From the human T2T-CHM13v2.0 reference genome, Homo sapiens: a DNA stretch of 64,000 nucleotides. Position 1 is the stretch's first letter. Each line of letters opens with the position of its first letter. The DNA is taken from assembly GCF_009914755.1 (NCBI RefSeq), contig NC_060947.1. One strand, written 5' to 3'. The position numbers were made by a program, and so were the translations under genes. The notes below the pieces were generated by a model that had not been told where the DNA came from, did not search any database, and saw only the letters and a program-made list of their open reading frames with translations. Shown in pieces: positions 16,701 to 30,262 of this stretch.

Positions 16701-19327
16701 ATCATGATCTTTTTAGTATTTATATACTTATGTACTATCCTTATCCAGTCACTAGTTACTTTTCCAAGCGCTATACAAATCGCATGAAGAGGTCATTAGA
16801 GTTCTAATTTCCTAGAGAAATTTCCATTCAAATTTTCCACACAAGTTCATGATGATGAAACCCCAGCATTGCATTTAGGCTTCACAATAACCCTGTGAGG
16901 AGAGCTGAATATTCATTACGCTTATAAAAATAAGCTGTCCCCCAAGCTACCTAGCTTCAGTTCTTGAGTCCCTGAAGGGCTAAAGTGATAATCAAAAGAT
17001 CATCCAAAGGGTCAAATGTACTCTTGACGTTGTCTCTCTGGAACATGCTCCAGGGAAATGTGGGAACAACAACGATATAAACAGCAAAACAATAACAGCT
17101 AGAATTGATTGGAAATTTATCATATGGCAGGCGCTGTCCTGACAACTGTACATGTCTTAACAGTCAGTGTTCTAAACTGCCCAAGAAGTAGATGACTTTA
17201 CTAGTAGTATTTCCATGGTACTAATGGAGAAAGGAGTCACAGAGATGTTAAGGATGTTTCTCAGTGTCACCCAGCAATGAGTGGTGGAGCCACAGGTCAG
17301 AGGCGTCATGAAAAACTCTACTGTGTTGCATATTTATGTAACCAAGAGTAAGATCCAAAGGCTATTGCAAAATATTTAGAATTTTACAGTATGAGATTGC
17401 ACAGGCTAGAGACATTTGATTTCTTCAGAAATATTTAAGAGATGGAGACTTGAAAGGATTGGTCTGGGTATGATTTGGAGACAGGCCCTGAGAGCATCAT
17501 TAGAATAACAGGCAGCATGTCAGTTTTAGTCTCCTCACCTGAAGGCCGTGGGTTCGTCCATCAGAGAACACACCAAACCTGTCCCTTCTATACCTTCACA
17601 AAGGAGAAAGAAGCTGTGTAGCTTGGAAAGGAGACTATTCCCCTGCTCCAGTAGTTCTCAGACAAATTTCCATGAAAATTTTAACCCAGGATCTTTTAAA
17701 AATGCAGATTCCACTATTCACACCCGGTGAATCTCATGTAGTGTGGCCACAGTGGTGCCTTAGGATCTGGGAATTTACTGCCCAGCCTAGGAAACATTCA
17801 GAAACCTTATTAAATCCCTTTGGTTTCATGACTGCCTCCAATATACCCACTCTTCCCAAGACTGACGTGAGGTTGAGAAGACCGACCTGAGAGCACACAG
17901 GAACACAAGACATGATGGACACAGTGTAAGAGTCACCATAAGGGTAAGGTAGTGCATCTTTTGAGAAGACCTTATAACTCCTACTGGTCTTTCTTCCCAA
18001 AGGCCTCTTCTTGTCATGCACAGTGAATGGAAGGGTGTCAAGAAATGACCTTTTAGATACCCAAAGGGTATGGGCTCCTATCAGCAACCATTGAACACAT
18101 AGGATGGGAGGTCATGTAATCTACCATCTCCCTCCCACCAGCCTTGATTTCTTTCTTGCACTGTCATGTCCTTCCACAGGAATCTGGAGCAATGCCAGGA
18201 CTTAGGGCCAATGTCTTCTCTTCACTAGCAGACACCTACCTGCACCTCACCTGAGGAGATCGTCTCCCTTCTCCTTTCAGCTATCCTTCTCCTGATCTCA
18301 TCTGTGATCCCACAGCAAACAGCTGTCCCTAGTAGCCTGATGACCTAGCCTGGCCCCTACCTCCTGTGTCCCAGCCTGGAGAAGGCTGTCTTTGCTGAGG
18401 AGAAAAACACCAGTCCCAGGATCCCAGAGCCATGACTACCACAGAACCATACTGAGCGTCAATGTCCTATGGCAGTGGTTGATCTTTGAAATGAAGCTTC
18501 ACCACACACCCCAGCTGGCACTGAAACACTTTGTTTTTAGGTTGAAAGACTTTGTTATTTATTTATTTATTTATTTTTAATGAAAAAATATTGGGAAACT
18601 GGTGGTGTTTGTTCACATGAGTAAGTTCTTTCGTGGTTATTTGTGAGATTTTGGTGCACCCATGACCCAAGCATTATACACTGCACCCAATTTGTAGTCT
18701 TTTATCCTTCACCTCCTTCCCATCCTTTCCCCCTGAGTCCACAAAGTCCATTCTATCATTCTTATGCATTTGCATCCTCATAGCTTAGCTTCCACTCATG
18801 AGTGAGAACATATGATATTTATTTTTCCATTCCTGAGTTACTTCACTTAGAATAATAGTCTCCAACCTCATCCAGGTCATTATGAATTCCATTAATTCAT
18901 TCCTTTTTATGACTGAGTAGTATTCCATCATATATATATTTCTTTATTCATCGATTGATGGGCATTTGGGTTGGTTCCACATTTTTTTGCAACTGCGAAT
19001 CGTGCTGCTACAAACAGGAGTGTGCAAGTATCTTTTTCATATAACGACTTCTTTTCCTCTGGGTAGATACCCAGTAGTGGGATTGCTGAATCAAATGGTA
19101 GTTCTACTTTTAGTTTTTTAAGCAATCTGCACACTGTTTTCTATAGTGGTTGTATTAGTTTACATTCCTACCAGGAGTGTAGAAGTGTTCCCTGTTCACT
19201 GCATCCATGCCAACATCTACTATTTTTTTATTTTTAAATTATGGCCATTCTTGCAGGAGTAAGGTGGTATCATATTGTGGTTTTGATTTGCATTTCCCTG
19301 ATCATTAGTGATGTTGATCATTTTTTC

Positions 19328-19601
19328 TTTTTTTTAATTATACTTTAAGTTTTAGGGTACATGTGCACAACGTGCAGGTTAGTTACATATGTATACATGT
19401 GCCATGTTAGTGTGCTGCACCCATTAACTCGTCATTTAACATTAGGTATACCTCCTAATGCTATCCCTCACCCCTCACCCCTCCCCCCACCCCACAACAG
19501 GCCCCGGTGTGTGAAGCTGGAAACCATCATTCTCAGCAAGCTATAGCAAGGACAAAAAACCAAACACCGCATGTTCTCACTCATAGGTGGGAATCGAACA
19601 A
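19328..19601 (-). mobile_element. Nested short L1PA insertion with 5' inversion
   Basis: Antisense L1PA 3' end at 19328-19512, then a sense segment at 19513-19601; TSD tgatcattttttc at 19315-19327 and 19602-19614. Confidence 0.88.
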
Positions 19602-21244
19602 TGATCATTTTTTCATATGTTTGTTGACCATTTGTATATCTTCTTTTGAGAATTGTCTATTCATGTCCTTAGCCCACTTTTTGATGGGATTGTTCGATTT
19701 TTTCTTGCTGATTTGTTTGAGATTGTTGTAGATTCTGGATATTAGTCCTTTGTCAGATGTATAGATCATGAAGATTTTCTCCCACTCTATAGGTTGTCTG
19801 TTTAATCTGCCAACTGTTCCTTTTGCCATGCAAAAGCTCTTTAGTTTAATTAAGTCCCAGCTATTTATCTTTGTTTTTATTGCATTTGCTTTTGGGTTCT
19901 TGGTCATGAAATCCTTCCCTTAGCCAATGTCTAGGAGGGTTTTTTAATGTTATCTTCTAAAATGTTTATAGTTTCAGGTCTTAGATTTAAGTCCTTAAGC
20001 CATCTTCAGCTGATTTTTGTACAAGGTGAGAGATGAGGATATAGTTTCATTCTCCTACATGTGGCTAGCCAATTATCCCAGCACCATTTGTTGAAAAGGG
20101 TGTCTTTCCCCACTTTATGTTTTGTTTGCTTTGTTGAAGAGCAGTTGGCTGTAAGTATTTGGGTTTATTTCTGGGTTTTGTATTCTGTTCCATTGGTCTA
20201 TGTGCCTATTTTTACACCAGTATTATGCTGTTTTGGTGACTATGGCCTTATAGTATAGTTTGAAATCAGATATGTGATGCCTCCAGATTTGTTCTTTTTG
20301 CTTGTTCTTGCTTTGGCTACATGGGCTCCTTTTTTGGTTCCATATGAATTTTAGAATTTTTTTCTAATTCTGTGAAGCATGATGGTGGTATTTTGATGGA
20401 AATTGCGTTGAATTTGTAGATTGCTTTTGGCAGTATGGTCATTTTCACAATATGGATTCTACCCATCTATGATCATGGGATGTGTTTCCATTTGTTCGTC
20501 ATCCTTGATTTCTTTCAACAGTGTTTTGTAGTTTTCCTTGTAGAGGTCTTTTACCTTCTTGGTTAGGTATATTCCTAAGTATTTTATTTTTTTGCAGCTA
20601 TTGTAAAAGGGGTTGAGTTCTTAATTTGATTCTCAGCTTGGTCACTGTTGGTGTATAAAAGAGCTATGATTTGTGTAGATTAATTTTGTATCCAGAAATT
20701 GGGCTGAATTCTTTTATCAGTTCTAGGAGCTTTCTGGAGAAATCTTTAGGTATTCTATGTAAACAATCGTATCAACAGCATACAGTGACAGTTTGACTTC
20801 CTCTTTACCAATTTTGATGCCCTTAATTTCTTTCTCTTCTCTCATTGCTCTGGCTAGGACTTCCAGTACTATGTTGAAGAGGAGTGGTGAGAGTGGGCAT
20901 CTTTGTCTTGTTCCAGTTCTCAGAGGGAATGCTTTCAACTTTCTCCCATTCAGTATTATGTTGGCTGTGGGTTTTTCATGAATGGCTTTTATTACATTAA
21001 AGTATGTCCTTTGTATGCCGATTTTTCTGAGAGTTATAATCATAAAGGGATGCTCGATTTTGTCAATGCTTTTTCTGCATCTATTGAGATGATCATGTGA
21101 TATTTATTTTTTATTCTGTTTATGTGGTGTATCACATTTATTGACTTGCATATGTTAAACCATCCCTGCATCCCTGCTATGAAACCCACTTGATCATGGT
21201 GGAATATCTTTTTGGTATGTTGTTGGATTTGGTTAGCTAGTATT

Positions 21245-21372
21245 TTTTTATTATTAAACTTTAAGTTCTAGGGTACATGTGCACAACATGCAGGTTTGTT
21301 ACATAGGTATACATGTGCCATGTTGGTTTGCTGCACCCATTAACTCGTCATTTACATTAGGTATTTCTCCTA
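21245..21372 (-). mobile_element. Nested ~130-bp L1PA 3' terminus
   Basis: actttaagttctagggtacatgtgcacaacatgcagg...ggtatttctcc interrupts the L1PB ORF2. Confidence 0.85.
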
Positions 21373-24300
21373 GCATCTATGTTCATAAGGGTATTGGTCT
21401 GCAGTTTTCTTTTTTGGTTATGTCCCTTTCTGGTTTTGGTATTAGGATGATACTGGTTTCATAGAATGATTTAGGGAGGATTCCCTCTTTATCTTGTGGA
21501 ATAGTGTCAGCAGGATTGGCACCAATTCGTTGAATGTCTGGTAGAAGTCTGCTGTGAATCCTTCTGGTCCTGGATTTTTCTTTTGTTGTTGGTAATATTT
21601 TAATTACCATTTCAATCTCGATGCTTCTTATTGGTCTGTTCACGGTATCTAATTCTTCCTGATTTAAGTGAGTAGGGTTGTATCTTTCCAGGAACTTATC
21701 CATCTCTTCAAGGTTTTATAGTTTATGCATGTAAAGGTGTTCATAATAGCCTTAAATGATCTTTTGTATTTCTGTGATGTCAGTTGTAATATCTCCAGTT
21801 TCATTTCTTATTGAGCTTATTAGGATTTTCTCTCTTCTTTTCTTGGTTAAGCTTGCTAATGGTCTATCAATTTTATCTTTTCAAAGAACCGGATTTTTTT
21901 TCATTTATCTTTTGTATTTTTTTGTTTCAATTTCATTTAGTTCTGCTCTGATCTTGGTTATTTCCTTTCTTCTCCTGGGTGTGGGTTTGGTTTGTTCTTG
22001 TTTCTCTAGTTCCTTGAGGTGTGACCTTAGATTGTCTGTGCTCTTTCAGACTCTTGGATGGAGGTGTTTAGGCTACGAACTTTCCTCTTAGCACTGCCTT
22101 TGCTGTATCCCAGGGGTTTTGATAGGTTGTGTCTTTATTGTTGTTCAGTTTGAAGAATTTTTAAATTTCCATCTTGATTTCATTTTTGACCCAATGATCA
22201 TTCATAGCAAGTTATTTAATTTCCATGTATTTGCATGATTTTGAAGGTTCCTTTTGGAGTTGATTTTCAGTTTTATTCCACTGTGGCCTGAGACAGTGCT
22301 TGATAAAATTTCAATTTCCTTAAATTTATTGAGGCTCATTTTGTGGCCTATCCTATGGTCTATCTTGGAGCAAGTTCCATGTGCTGTTGAATAGAATGTG
22401 TATTCTGCAGTTATTGGATGGAATGTTCTGTATGTATTGGTTAAGAACATTTGTTCCAGGGTATAACTTAAATCCATTGTTTCTTTGTTGACTTTCTGTC
22501 TTAATGACCTGTCTAGTGCTGTTAGTGGAGTGTTGAAGTCCCCCACCATTACTGTGTTGCTGTCTATCTCATTTCTTAGGTCTATTGCTAATTGTTTTAT
22601 AAATTTGGGAGCTCCAGCGTTAGGTGCATACATGTTTATGATTGTGATATTTTCCTGTTGGACAAGGTCTTTTATCATTATATAATGTCCCTCTTTGTCT
22701 TTTTAAACTTCTGTTGCTTTAAAGTTTGTTTTGTCTGATATAAGAATAGCTACCCCTGCTCACTTTTGGTGTCCATTTGTGTGAAATGTCTTTTTCCACC
22801 CCTTTACCTCAAATTTGTGCGAGTCCTTCTATATTAGGTGAGTCTCTTGAAGGCAGCAGATAGTTGGTTGGTGAGTTCTTATCCATTGTGCAATTCTGTA
22901 TCTTTTATGTGGAGTATTTGGGCCATTTACATTCAACGTTAGTATTGAGATGTGAGGTGTCATTCCATTCATTGTGCTATTCGTTGCCTGTATACCTTGA
23001 TTTTTTGTTTTGTGTTTTTGTTTTTTAGATTGTATTTTTGTTTTATAAGTCCTGTGAGATTAATGCTTTAAGAGGTTCTGTTCTGATGTGTTTCCAGGAT
23101 TTGTTTCAAGATTTAGAGTTCCTTTTAGTAGTTCTTGTAGTGGTGGCTTGATCGTGCTGAATTATCTCAGCATTTGTTTGTCTGAAAAAGACTGTATTTT
23201 TCCTTCATATATGAAGCTTAGTTTCTCTGGATACAAAATTCTTGGCTGATAATTGTTTTGTTTGAGGAGGCTGAAGATAGAGCCCTGATCTCTTCTAGCT
23301 TGTAGGCTTTCTGCTGAGAAATCTGTTGTTAATCTGATAGGTTTTCCTTTATAGGTTACTTGGCACTTTTTTCTCACAGCTCTTAAGATTCTTTCCTTTG
23401 TCTTAACTTTAGATAACCTGATGACAATATGCCTTGGCGGTGATCTTTTTGTGATGGATTTCCCAGGTGTTCTTTGTGCTTCTTGTATTTGGATGTCTAG
23501 TTCTCTAGCAAGGCTGGGGAACTTTTCCTCGATGGTTCCCCCAAATATGTTTTCCAAACTTTTAGATTTCTCTTCTTCCTCAGGAACACCAACTATTCTT
23601 AGGTTTGGTCATTTAACATAATCCCAGACTTCTTGGAGGCTTTGTTCATATTTTCTTATTCTTTTTTCTTTGTCTTTGTTGGATTGGGTTAATTCAAAGA
23701 CCTTGTCTTTGAGCTCTGAATTTCTTTCTTCTACTTGTTCAATTCTACTGCTGAGACTTTCCAAAGCATTTTGTATTTCTGTGTGTCCATTGTTTCCTGA
23801 AGTTTTGATTGTTTTTTATTTATGCTATCTATTTCATTGAATATTTCTCCCTTCACTTCTTGTATCACTTTTTGGATTTCCTTACATTGGGCTTTGCCTT
23901 TCTCTGGTGCCTGCCTCATTAGCTTAATAACTAGCCTCTTGAATGCTTTTTCAGGTAAATCAGGGGTTTCTTCTTGGTTTGGATCCATTGCTGGTGAGCT
24001 AGGTTGATTTCTGGGGTGTGTTAAAGAGCCTTGTTTTGTCATATTTCCAGAGCTGGTTTTCTGCTTCCTTCTCATTTAGGCTGGCTCTGTCAGAGGGAGG
24101 GTCTAGGACTGAAGGCTGTTGTTCAGATTCTTTTGTACCACGGGGTATTCCCTTGATGTAGTACTCTCTCACCTTCCTATGGATGTGGCTTCCTGAGAGC
24201 TGATCTGTAGTGATTGTTATCTCTCTTCTGGATCAAGACACCCAGCAAGTCTACCAGGCTCTACGCTGGTACTGGGGGTTGTCTGCACAGAGTCCTGTGA

Positions 24301-25114
24301 TGTGAACCATCCTGTGATGTGATGTTCCTAGGAGGATTATGGCTGTCTCTACTGTGTCACGCAGGTTGTTAGAGGAGTCAGGGAAAGCTTGCAGTCACAG
24401 GCCTCACCCAGTTCCCACACAATCTGAAGGGCTGGTCTCACTCCCACCGTCCCCCACCCAACAGCACCAAGTCTGTTTCCAGGCAGTGGGTGAGCAGGGC
24501 TGAGAACTTGTCCCAGGCTACCTGCCTCCTAGCTGTGAAAGTAAGTTGGCTTTCCTTCTTCCCCTGCCTATGGAATCTGCACACCGGATTCACACCCTCC
24601 CCCAAGTTCTGGCCAGGACACTTGGATCAGTTCAAATTGTTACTAAGTTCAGCTGGAGATTTCCTTCTTTCTGTGGCCTTTTCCCAGTGCCTCTGGCTGC
24701 CCTCCTGAAGGACTCTTGTGAGGCCAAGCAGAGACGACTTGCTAGGGAACACAGCACACTCACAGGGCTTTTTCTGCTGCTTCCTCTACTCCTGTATTTT
24801 GCTTAGCTCTCTAAACTGACTCAGCTCCAGGTAAGGCCAGAATCTTCTTCAGTAATCTAGACCTTCAGTTTCCCCAGTGGGAGTGTGTGCTCAGGGTTGG
24901 GTGATCTCCCTTTCCCACTTCCACAGTTTGGGCACTCACAGTATTTGGGATGTCTCCCAGGTCCTACAGGAGCAATCCGCTTCCTTCAGAGGGTCTGTGG
25001 GTCCTCTCAGATTTCCCAATTTATTCCTGCAGTTGTTCTGGAGCAAAAATTCATGATGTGAGCCTCCACACACTGCTCTGTCCATCCGAGTCAGTGCTGC
25101 AATCTCTCTTTCTT

Positions 25115-25332
25115 TGTTGTTTTAATTGAGACAGGATCTCTTTCTGTCGCTCAGCTTGGAGTGCAGTGGACAAATCATGGCTCACTTTCAAGCTCAAGCA
25201 ATGCTTCCATCTCAGCCTCCCTAGTACATAGGACTACAGGCATGTTCCACCAACCCTGGCTATGTTTTATAAAATTTTTTGTAGAGACGGGGTCTCCCTA
25301 TGTTCCCAGGCTGATGTGAGCCACCACACCTA
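25115..25332 (-). mobile_element. AluJ-like, internally deleted
   Basis: Antisense Alu motifs; paralogs at ~51440-51700 and ~52320-52545. Confidence 0.8.
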
Positions 25333-26334
25333 TTCTGGAATCACATTCTTATCACAGAAAACAAGACATAGGAGGAAGGTTCCTGCAGCCCTTCCTGGGG
25401 AGCATTGTGTTCTCCTTCCTGGTGCCGTGTTATTTCCTCTGTGCCAACCACAACATTCCTATTCTTTTGATGTAAATAAGAAGTTTGAGGATACTTATTT
25501 TCAATCCTAAACTTGTGATTTATAGCCAGAATATCATCGCCCACTTTGAGGCATTTTGGAAATATCTGTGGGCTGCTGCTGTTGTTGGAATAATTGGCAG
25601 GAGCTACTGGCATTTGGGGACTGAGTGTTAAGTGAGGCAAACGTCTTGTTCCAGAATTTTACATAAACTAGATTTTCCATACATGTCACTTCCTTGTAAA
25701 CTGAGGGAGGCTTGCATATTGCTTCATCTGGGAACATATAAAGACTTATTTACTGCTGTGGAAATCACATCACTGCAGGGCATTTTTTTCTTGGATTCCA
25801 CTCTGTCACAATATACCAGTATCAGTTTGCTTTGTAGCTGTGCATCCCTGGGGCAAATAGTGAGGGGAATTCAATTTACTGACCAATGGGGTCTTTTCCA
25901 GGATAAGTTGTTAGTTGATGGGGAAACTTAAGTGGGAGATGTTCACAGTATGAAGTCTCATGAGTTGGTGAACAACATCGGCTATGCCCATTGCTATTAC
26001 TGCACTGAAGTTCTCTTTGCAGGTGTATCTCCCTCACTAGGCTCCCAGGTCTTTCCTGGAAGGTTGGAAACATACACAGTAGATCCCAGTGTCCTCAGGA
26101 TGGAGCATAGAATGTGACAGGCAGAAGGCAGGGAACACTTGTGGAATTGTAGTGATCTCTACATGGTTGGATGACCAAACCCAGTGTCACAGTGATGAGC
26201 CACATGGATGTCAGTCTGCAGAGGGTGGGAGAGACCTCTGTCTTAGGAGCCATGTAGGAGAGTGACACCTACCTGCATTACTGATCTTGGTTACACCCTT
26301 TATGGATCCCAGATGTAAGCAGCCTATTGATTAG

Positions 26335-26755
26335 GCTTCTTCTGTGGGTGTGTGCATGGGAAGAAAGAGAGAGATTGATTGATTGATTGATTGATTTTGA
26401 GGAACTGGCTCATGGAACTCTGTGTGCTGGCATACCCAAACCTTGCAGAGCAGGATGTCAGGCTGGAGACCCAAGGCAGAGGTGATATGATACCTCAAAT
26501 CTAAGGGCAGCATGGAGCCTGAAATTCTTGATCTTGAGGAGGACCCCAGTCTTTTTCTCTGAAGGCCTTCAAGTGATTGGACGAAGGCCACTCCACATTG
26601 TGGAGGGCAATTAAGCTTACCCAAAGTCTGCTGATTTAAATGTTAGTTCTCATGTAAAAAATACCTTTCACAGAGACATCTACTCTGCTCAAGGTGAACA
26701 TTTTTTGTGTGTATCGTGGCCTAGCAAAGTTGACATATCAAACTTCCCATCACAG
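26335..26755 (-). mobile_element. ERVL LTR (MLT2-like)
   Basis: Minus strand begins tgtgatgggaagtttgatatgtcaactttgctaggccacg; inverted paralog at 50016-50440. Confidence 0.75.
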
Positions 26756-28049
26756 CCATCTTATACAAATCCTATTAATGATGGATGTCTACCTTAGGAA
26801 GGCAGATTACTTCCTACCTAAGATTCTGTATTAAACTTTTTTTTTGGCCAGGCCAAGCCACCATTTCAGGCTCAGCACAACTCTGGCCAGGAAGCTGAAG
26901 CTGATGTGAATGCCTTCCAGGGATGAGGCAGTGAAGGGATAGTCAGGGCGCACATGTAAGAAAAATCTCAGAGGGCATAGGTGATACCCCTGGACTCCAA
27001 GAGTTTACCCTTGATAGGGCACCCCCCAGCAGGACATACAGTTGTCAGGCAGGAGCTGGCCAAGGCCCCCACTGTGGCCTCCCACTGTGTGACCTTTCCC
27101 TCTAGGGGTTCCTCGTCCGGTCCAAATAATTCATTTGCATCTTTGGTTTTAGTGGGACTCTCAGAAGGCAGTCAGTTCAGGGTGGTCATTGACACTTGTT
27201 CCTCCTCTTCACAAGCCTGGATGACATCCCTAAGTGTTCTACATGGAATGTTCAGGAGCTGGGTCACCCCTGCTGTCCCATAGTCACAGCTGTCAGGTGT
27301 GATCGTGATCTCAGTATTCAGTGTGGTTCCAGCATTGGCTTTAGGGTATGGTTGTGGGCTCCTCGCAGGCAAGGAGACCCACCACCTGTGCTGTTATTTT
27401 GTACCTCCAATTCAGTGTCATACTGTGAGACTAGGGACACAGTGCTGACACAATGCTGATCTTGCTTTGGCTGTGCCTTCAAGCAATCAATCACTTGGAT
27501 CCACTTGGGCTCATTTTGTTCTTACTGGCCAAATCTATGGATATATGACAAATCAAACTAAGAACTGCAATGGTGATACCTGTGGCCCTTTTAGCCACCG
27601 CAGGGCTGCTTAGGGATTTCTTGAGCACTTTACACACTATTGTATTGAGGTGTGTGTTGTGTTGCCTGACCAGAATATTGACTTATTCCTTGTGAAATCA
27701 CACTGATCCAGGAGAACAGTTTGCAGCACATACTACTGACTAGCACATACTAATGACAGCATTAATGAACATATTTATGTAAATCAAATAATCTTGGGAG
27801 GTCAAATGCATTTTAAAATGCAATTTGGTATTTTCTTACAATTCCAAAGCAGTTATCACTTACTATAGATGTAGCTGTAAAGACAAGTCAAATGAAAAAA
27901 TAAATTGTAAAAGAAAAATATATAACTAGTAAACAACATTATCTGCAATGTAATGCCTACTTAGTATATTATTTCATTTATTCTCCATAGCAATCATTTA
28001 CTGTAAATATTCTAATTTCTACTTTAGAAATGTGGAAATAGTCCCACAG

Positions 28050-29830
28050 GGTATAAGTGCCTTGCCCACCATCTTGAAGCCCGAGTGTTAGAGCCACGAT
28101 GGAAACCCATGCCAATTTCATGCTATACCCTATAAGGAGACAGGGTAGCTAGGACCCAAGTCATTTTGCCTTAGCAAGCTCCCCTGGTTGCTCTCCCCTT
28201 TCTTCTACCTACACCCTAATTCTTTCAACCAACCTTACAGCCTTGGGACTTCTCACATATTTTATGTCAAATGGGATCCCCTACACTTAGTCTCACTTTT
28301 TTTTTCAACTCTATCTTTTCAGTCATTTTGGATCAGAATATACATTAAAATCTCTGTAAGAGGGAGAAATAATTGCTGATTATAATCCCCTGCTACTCCC
28401 TAAACACTGTGGATTCTGAGTAGGGACCTTTGTTGGAAAAATATCTTTTTGGGTGTGAGGATACACATGGAGCTCAGAGTTGCAATTGGTGTATTATTTA
28501 CAGTAAAAGGGATATCAGGCTGGATCCAGGCAGCTCCAGGGGCTTCTGAATGAGATGTGGTGACTGTCAGGGTGATGGAGTTTTATGCAGATGGAAAAAG
28601 AGGCTTGGTGCTTCTCCCTCCCTGCCTCTTAATAACTTTTAAAGAAAGGTCAGAAGCGTTTGCAGAAGTTATTGTGGCATTTTTCCATGGGGACTGAGAA
28701 ATCCCTTCTCTCTGTGTTCCCACAAACTATTCCAAATGGCTTTAGTGTTCTATTTTTCTGTAGCAGAGTAAAATAGGCATGTTATTATTAATTTTTAAAA
28801 ATGTTTTTGTACCAATGGTTTCATCTGGTAATGTCTGTTAGCTCTATGTGCCATATTTTGGGAAACACCTTCTTCAAGATAAGACCAAAATCTTTTATGT
28901 TGAAAAATGAAAAATATATATATTTTATATATTACCATAGATGTGTATGAAAATATGCAATTACCAATAAAATCAACATATACAACACTAGTTCTGTATT
29001 CAACACTTTCAGAAGTATTTACTTTGAGAAAACACAGACTGTGAACTTAGAACTTGAATCCTCATATTTGCTTCTTACTAGAGTCATTTGTTGTAAATTT
29101 TATGAAAACTCTGACTCCCCTTTTTAAAGGATTAAATGAGGTCAGAAACAATGAAACATAGCTCAGAAAACTGGCTAACAGATACTGAACACTCTATAAA
29201 TGTGAGTTATTATTCCTATTCTTCTTAAAGAACTAAATAAATGGAGCTATTGTCCTAACTATTCACAGCTTTGGTTTAGCCAATCCATTCACAATCACAT
29301 ACCACAGATCAACATCAGGTAGACAGACCAGCCACGGTGGCAGTCACCTGTAATCCAAGCACTTTTGGAGGCTGAGGAGGGAGAATCACTTGAGCTCAAG
29401 AGTTCAAGATCAGCCTGGGCAACTTAGCAAGAACACATCTCTGAAAAAACTTATGTAAGCAAATTAATAGAGTGGCAATTTTTAACTTTCTGTGTACAGA
29501 GGATAATGTCAGTACAGAAACAGGAGCAGATTGTTTTCAGAGTGACATCATCATTAGAGGCATCTTTGTGGGGAAGAGAGGTGCCTTACAAAGTTTAAAG
29601 GCATGGAAATCTGGAGCTGCCCCTTCTGTCTTTCTTTTAAGTAGTGTCCAAAGTTAAAAAAGATATGCAATCTCAAACAAACACACATGGGAAATCCTAT
29701 CTGTAAGTGATTCACTCTTGCAGACATTTCAGTTCCTGAGAATAGAAAGAGGTTTTATATCCCAATTCATTTCATGAAGCCAGTGTAACCTTGATACCAA
29801 AGTCCAACAAAGAGAATACAGATGGCCCCT
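28050..29830 (-). repeat. Inverted duplicate of ~11620-13400 (includes an Alu monomer at 29328-29450)
   Basis: ORF-track peptides ending ...LQSLKAWK(P/S)GAAPS(I/V)FLLSSVQS appear at 11817 (-) and 29657 (+); flanks are colinear. Confidence 0.9.
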
Positions 29831-30260
29831 GACTCCTGATGCCGCCATTTAAAATTTCTTGACTTCATGATAGTGTGAAAATGAAATGCGTTCAGTGGAA
29901 ACAGTTTTTTGAGTAGCCATATAACCACTGTGTTTTTCATCTCCAGGAAAATATTCAATAAATTACATGAGACATTCAATGTTATGATAAAATAGGCTTT
30001 GTGTTAGATGATTTTGCACAACTGTAGAGTAATGTAAGTGTAACTGTAACTGTATGGTAATATAACTGTAGGGTAATGCACAACTGTAGGGTAATGTCAA
30101 CGTAACTGTAACTGTAGGGTAATGGGCACTTTTAAGGTAGGCTAAGCTAAGCTATAATGTTTGCTAAGTTAGTGTACTGAATGCATCTTCAACTTACACA
30201 ATTTTCAATTTATGATGGATTTATTGGGACATAATGTCATGGTAAGTTAAGGAGCATCTG
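29819..30260 (-). mobile_element. MER47A-like TcMar-Tigger DNA transposon (MITE)
   Basis: Terminal inverted repeats cagatg...catctg flanked by TA at both ends; internal aggtaggctaagctaagctat. Confidence 0.8.
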
Positions 30261-30262
30261 TA

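Larger units (their letters stand above)
18560..25105 (-). mobile_element. Near-full-length degenerate L1PB-like element (5'UTR ~25105-24080, ORF1 ~24075-23040, ORF2 ~22980-19100, 3'UTR)
   Basis: Minus-strand ORFs give ORF1 (PRHIVIRLSKVKTKERILRAVR..YKGKPIRLT), endonuclease (NMYAPN..GDFNTPL..SKIDH) and RT ([21 protein letters not shown]) fragments with many stops and frameshifts; L1PB-type 3' end. Confidence 0.93.

Noticed and set aside
18928-24075. Minus-strand ORFs with endonuclease, RT and ORF1 similarity as a possible active or domesticated element
   Set aside because: They are fragments of one old L1PB broken by many stops, frameshifts and nested insertions.
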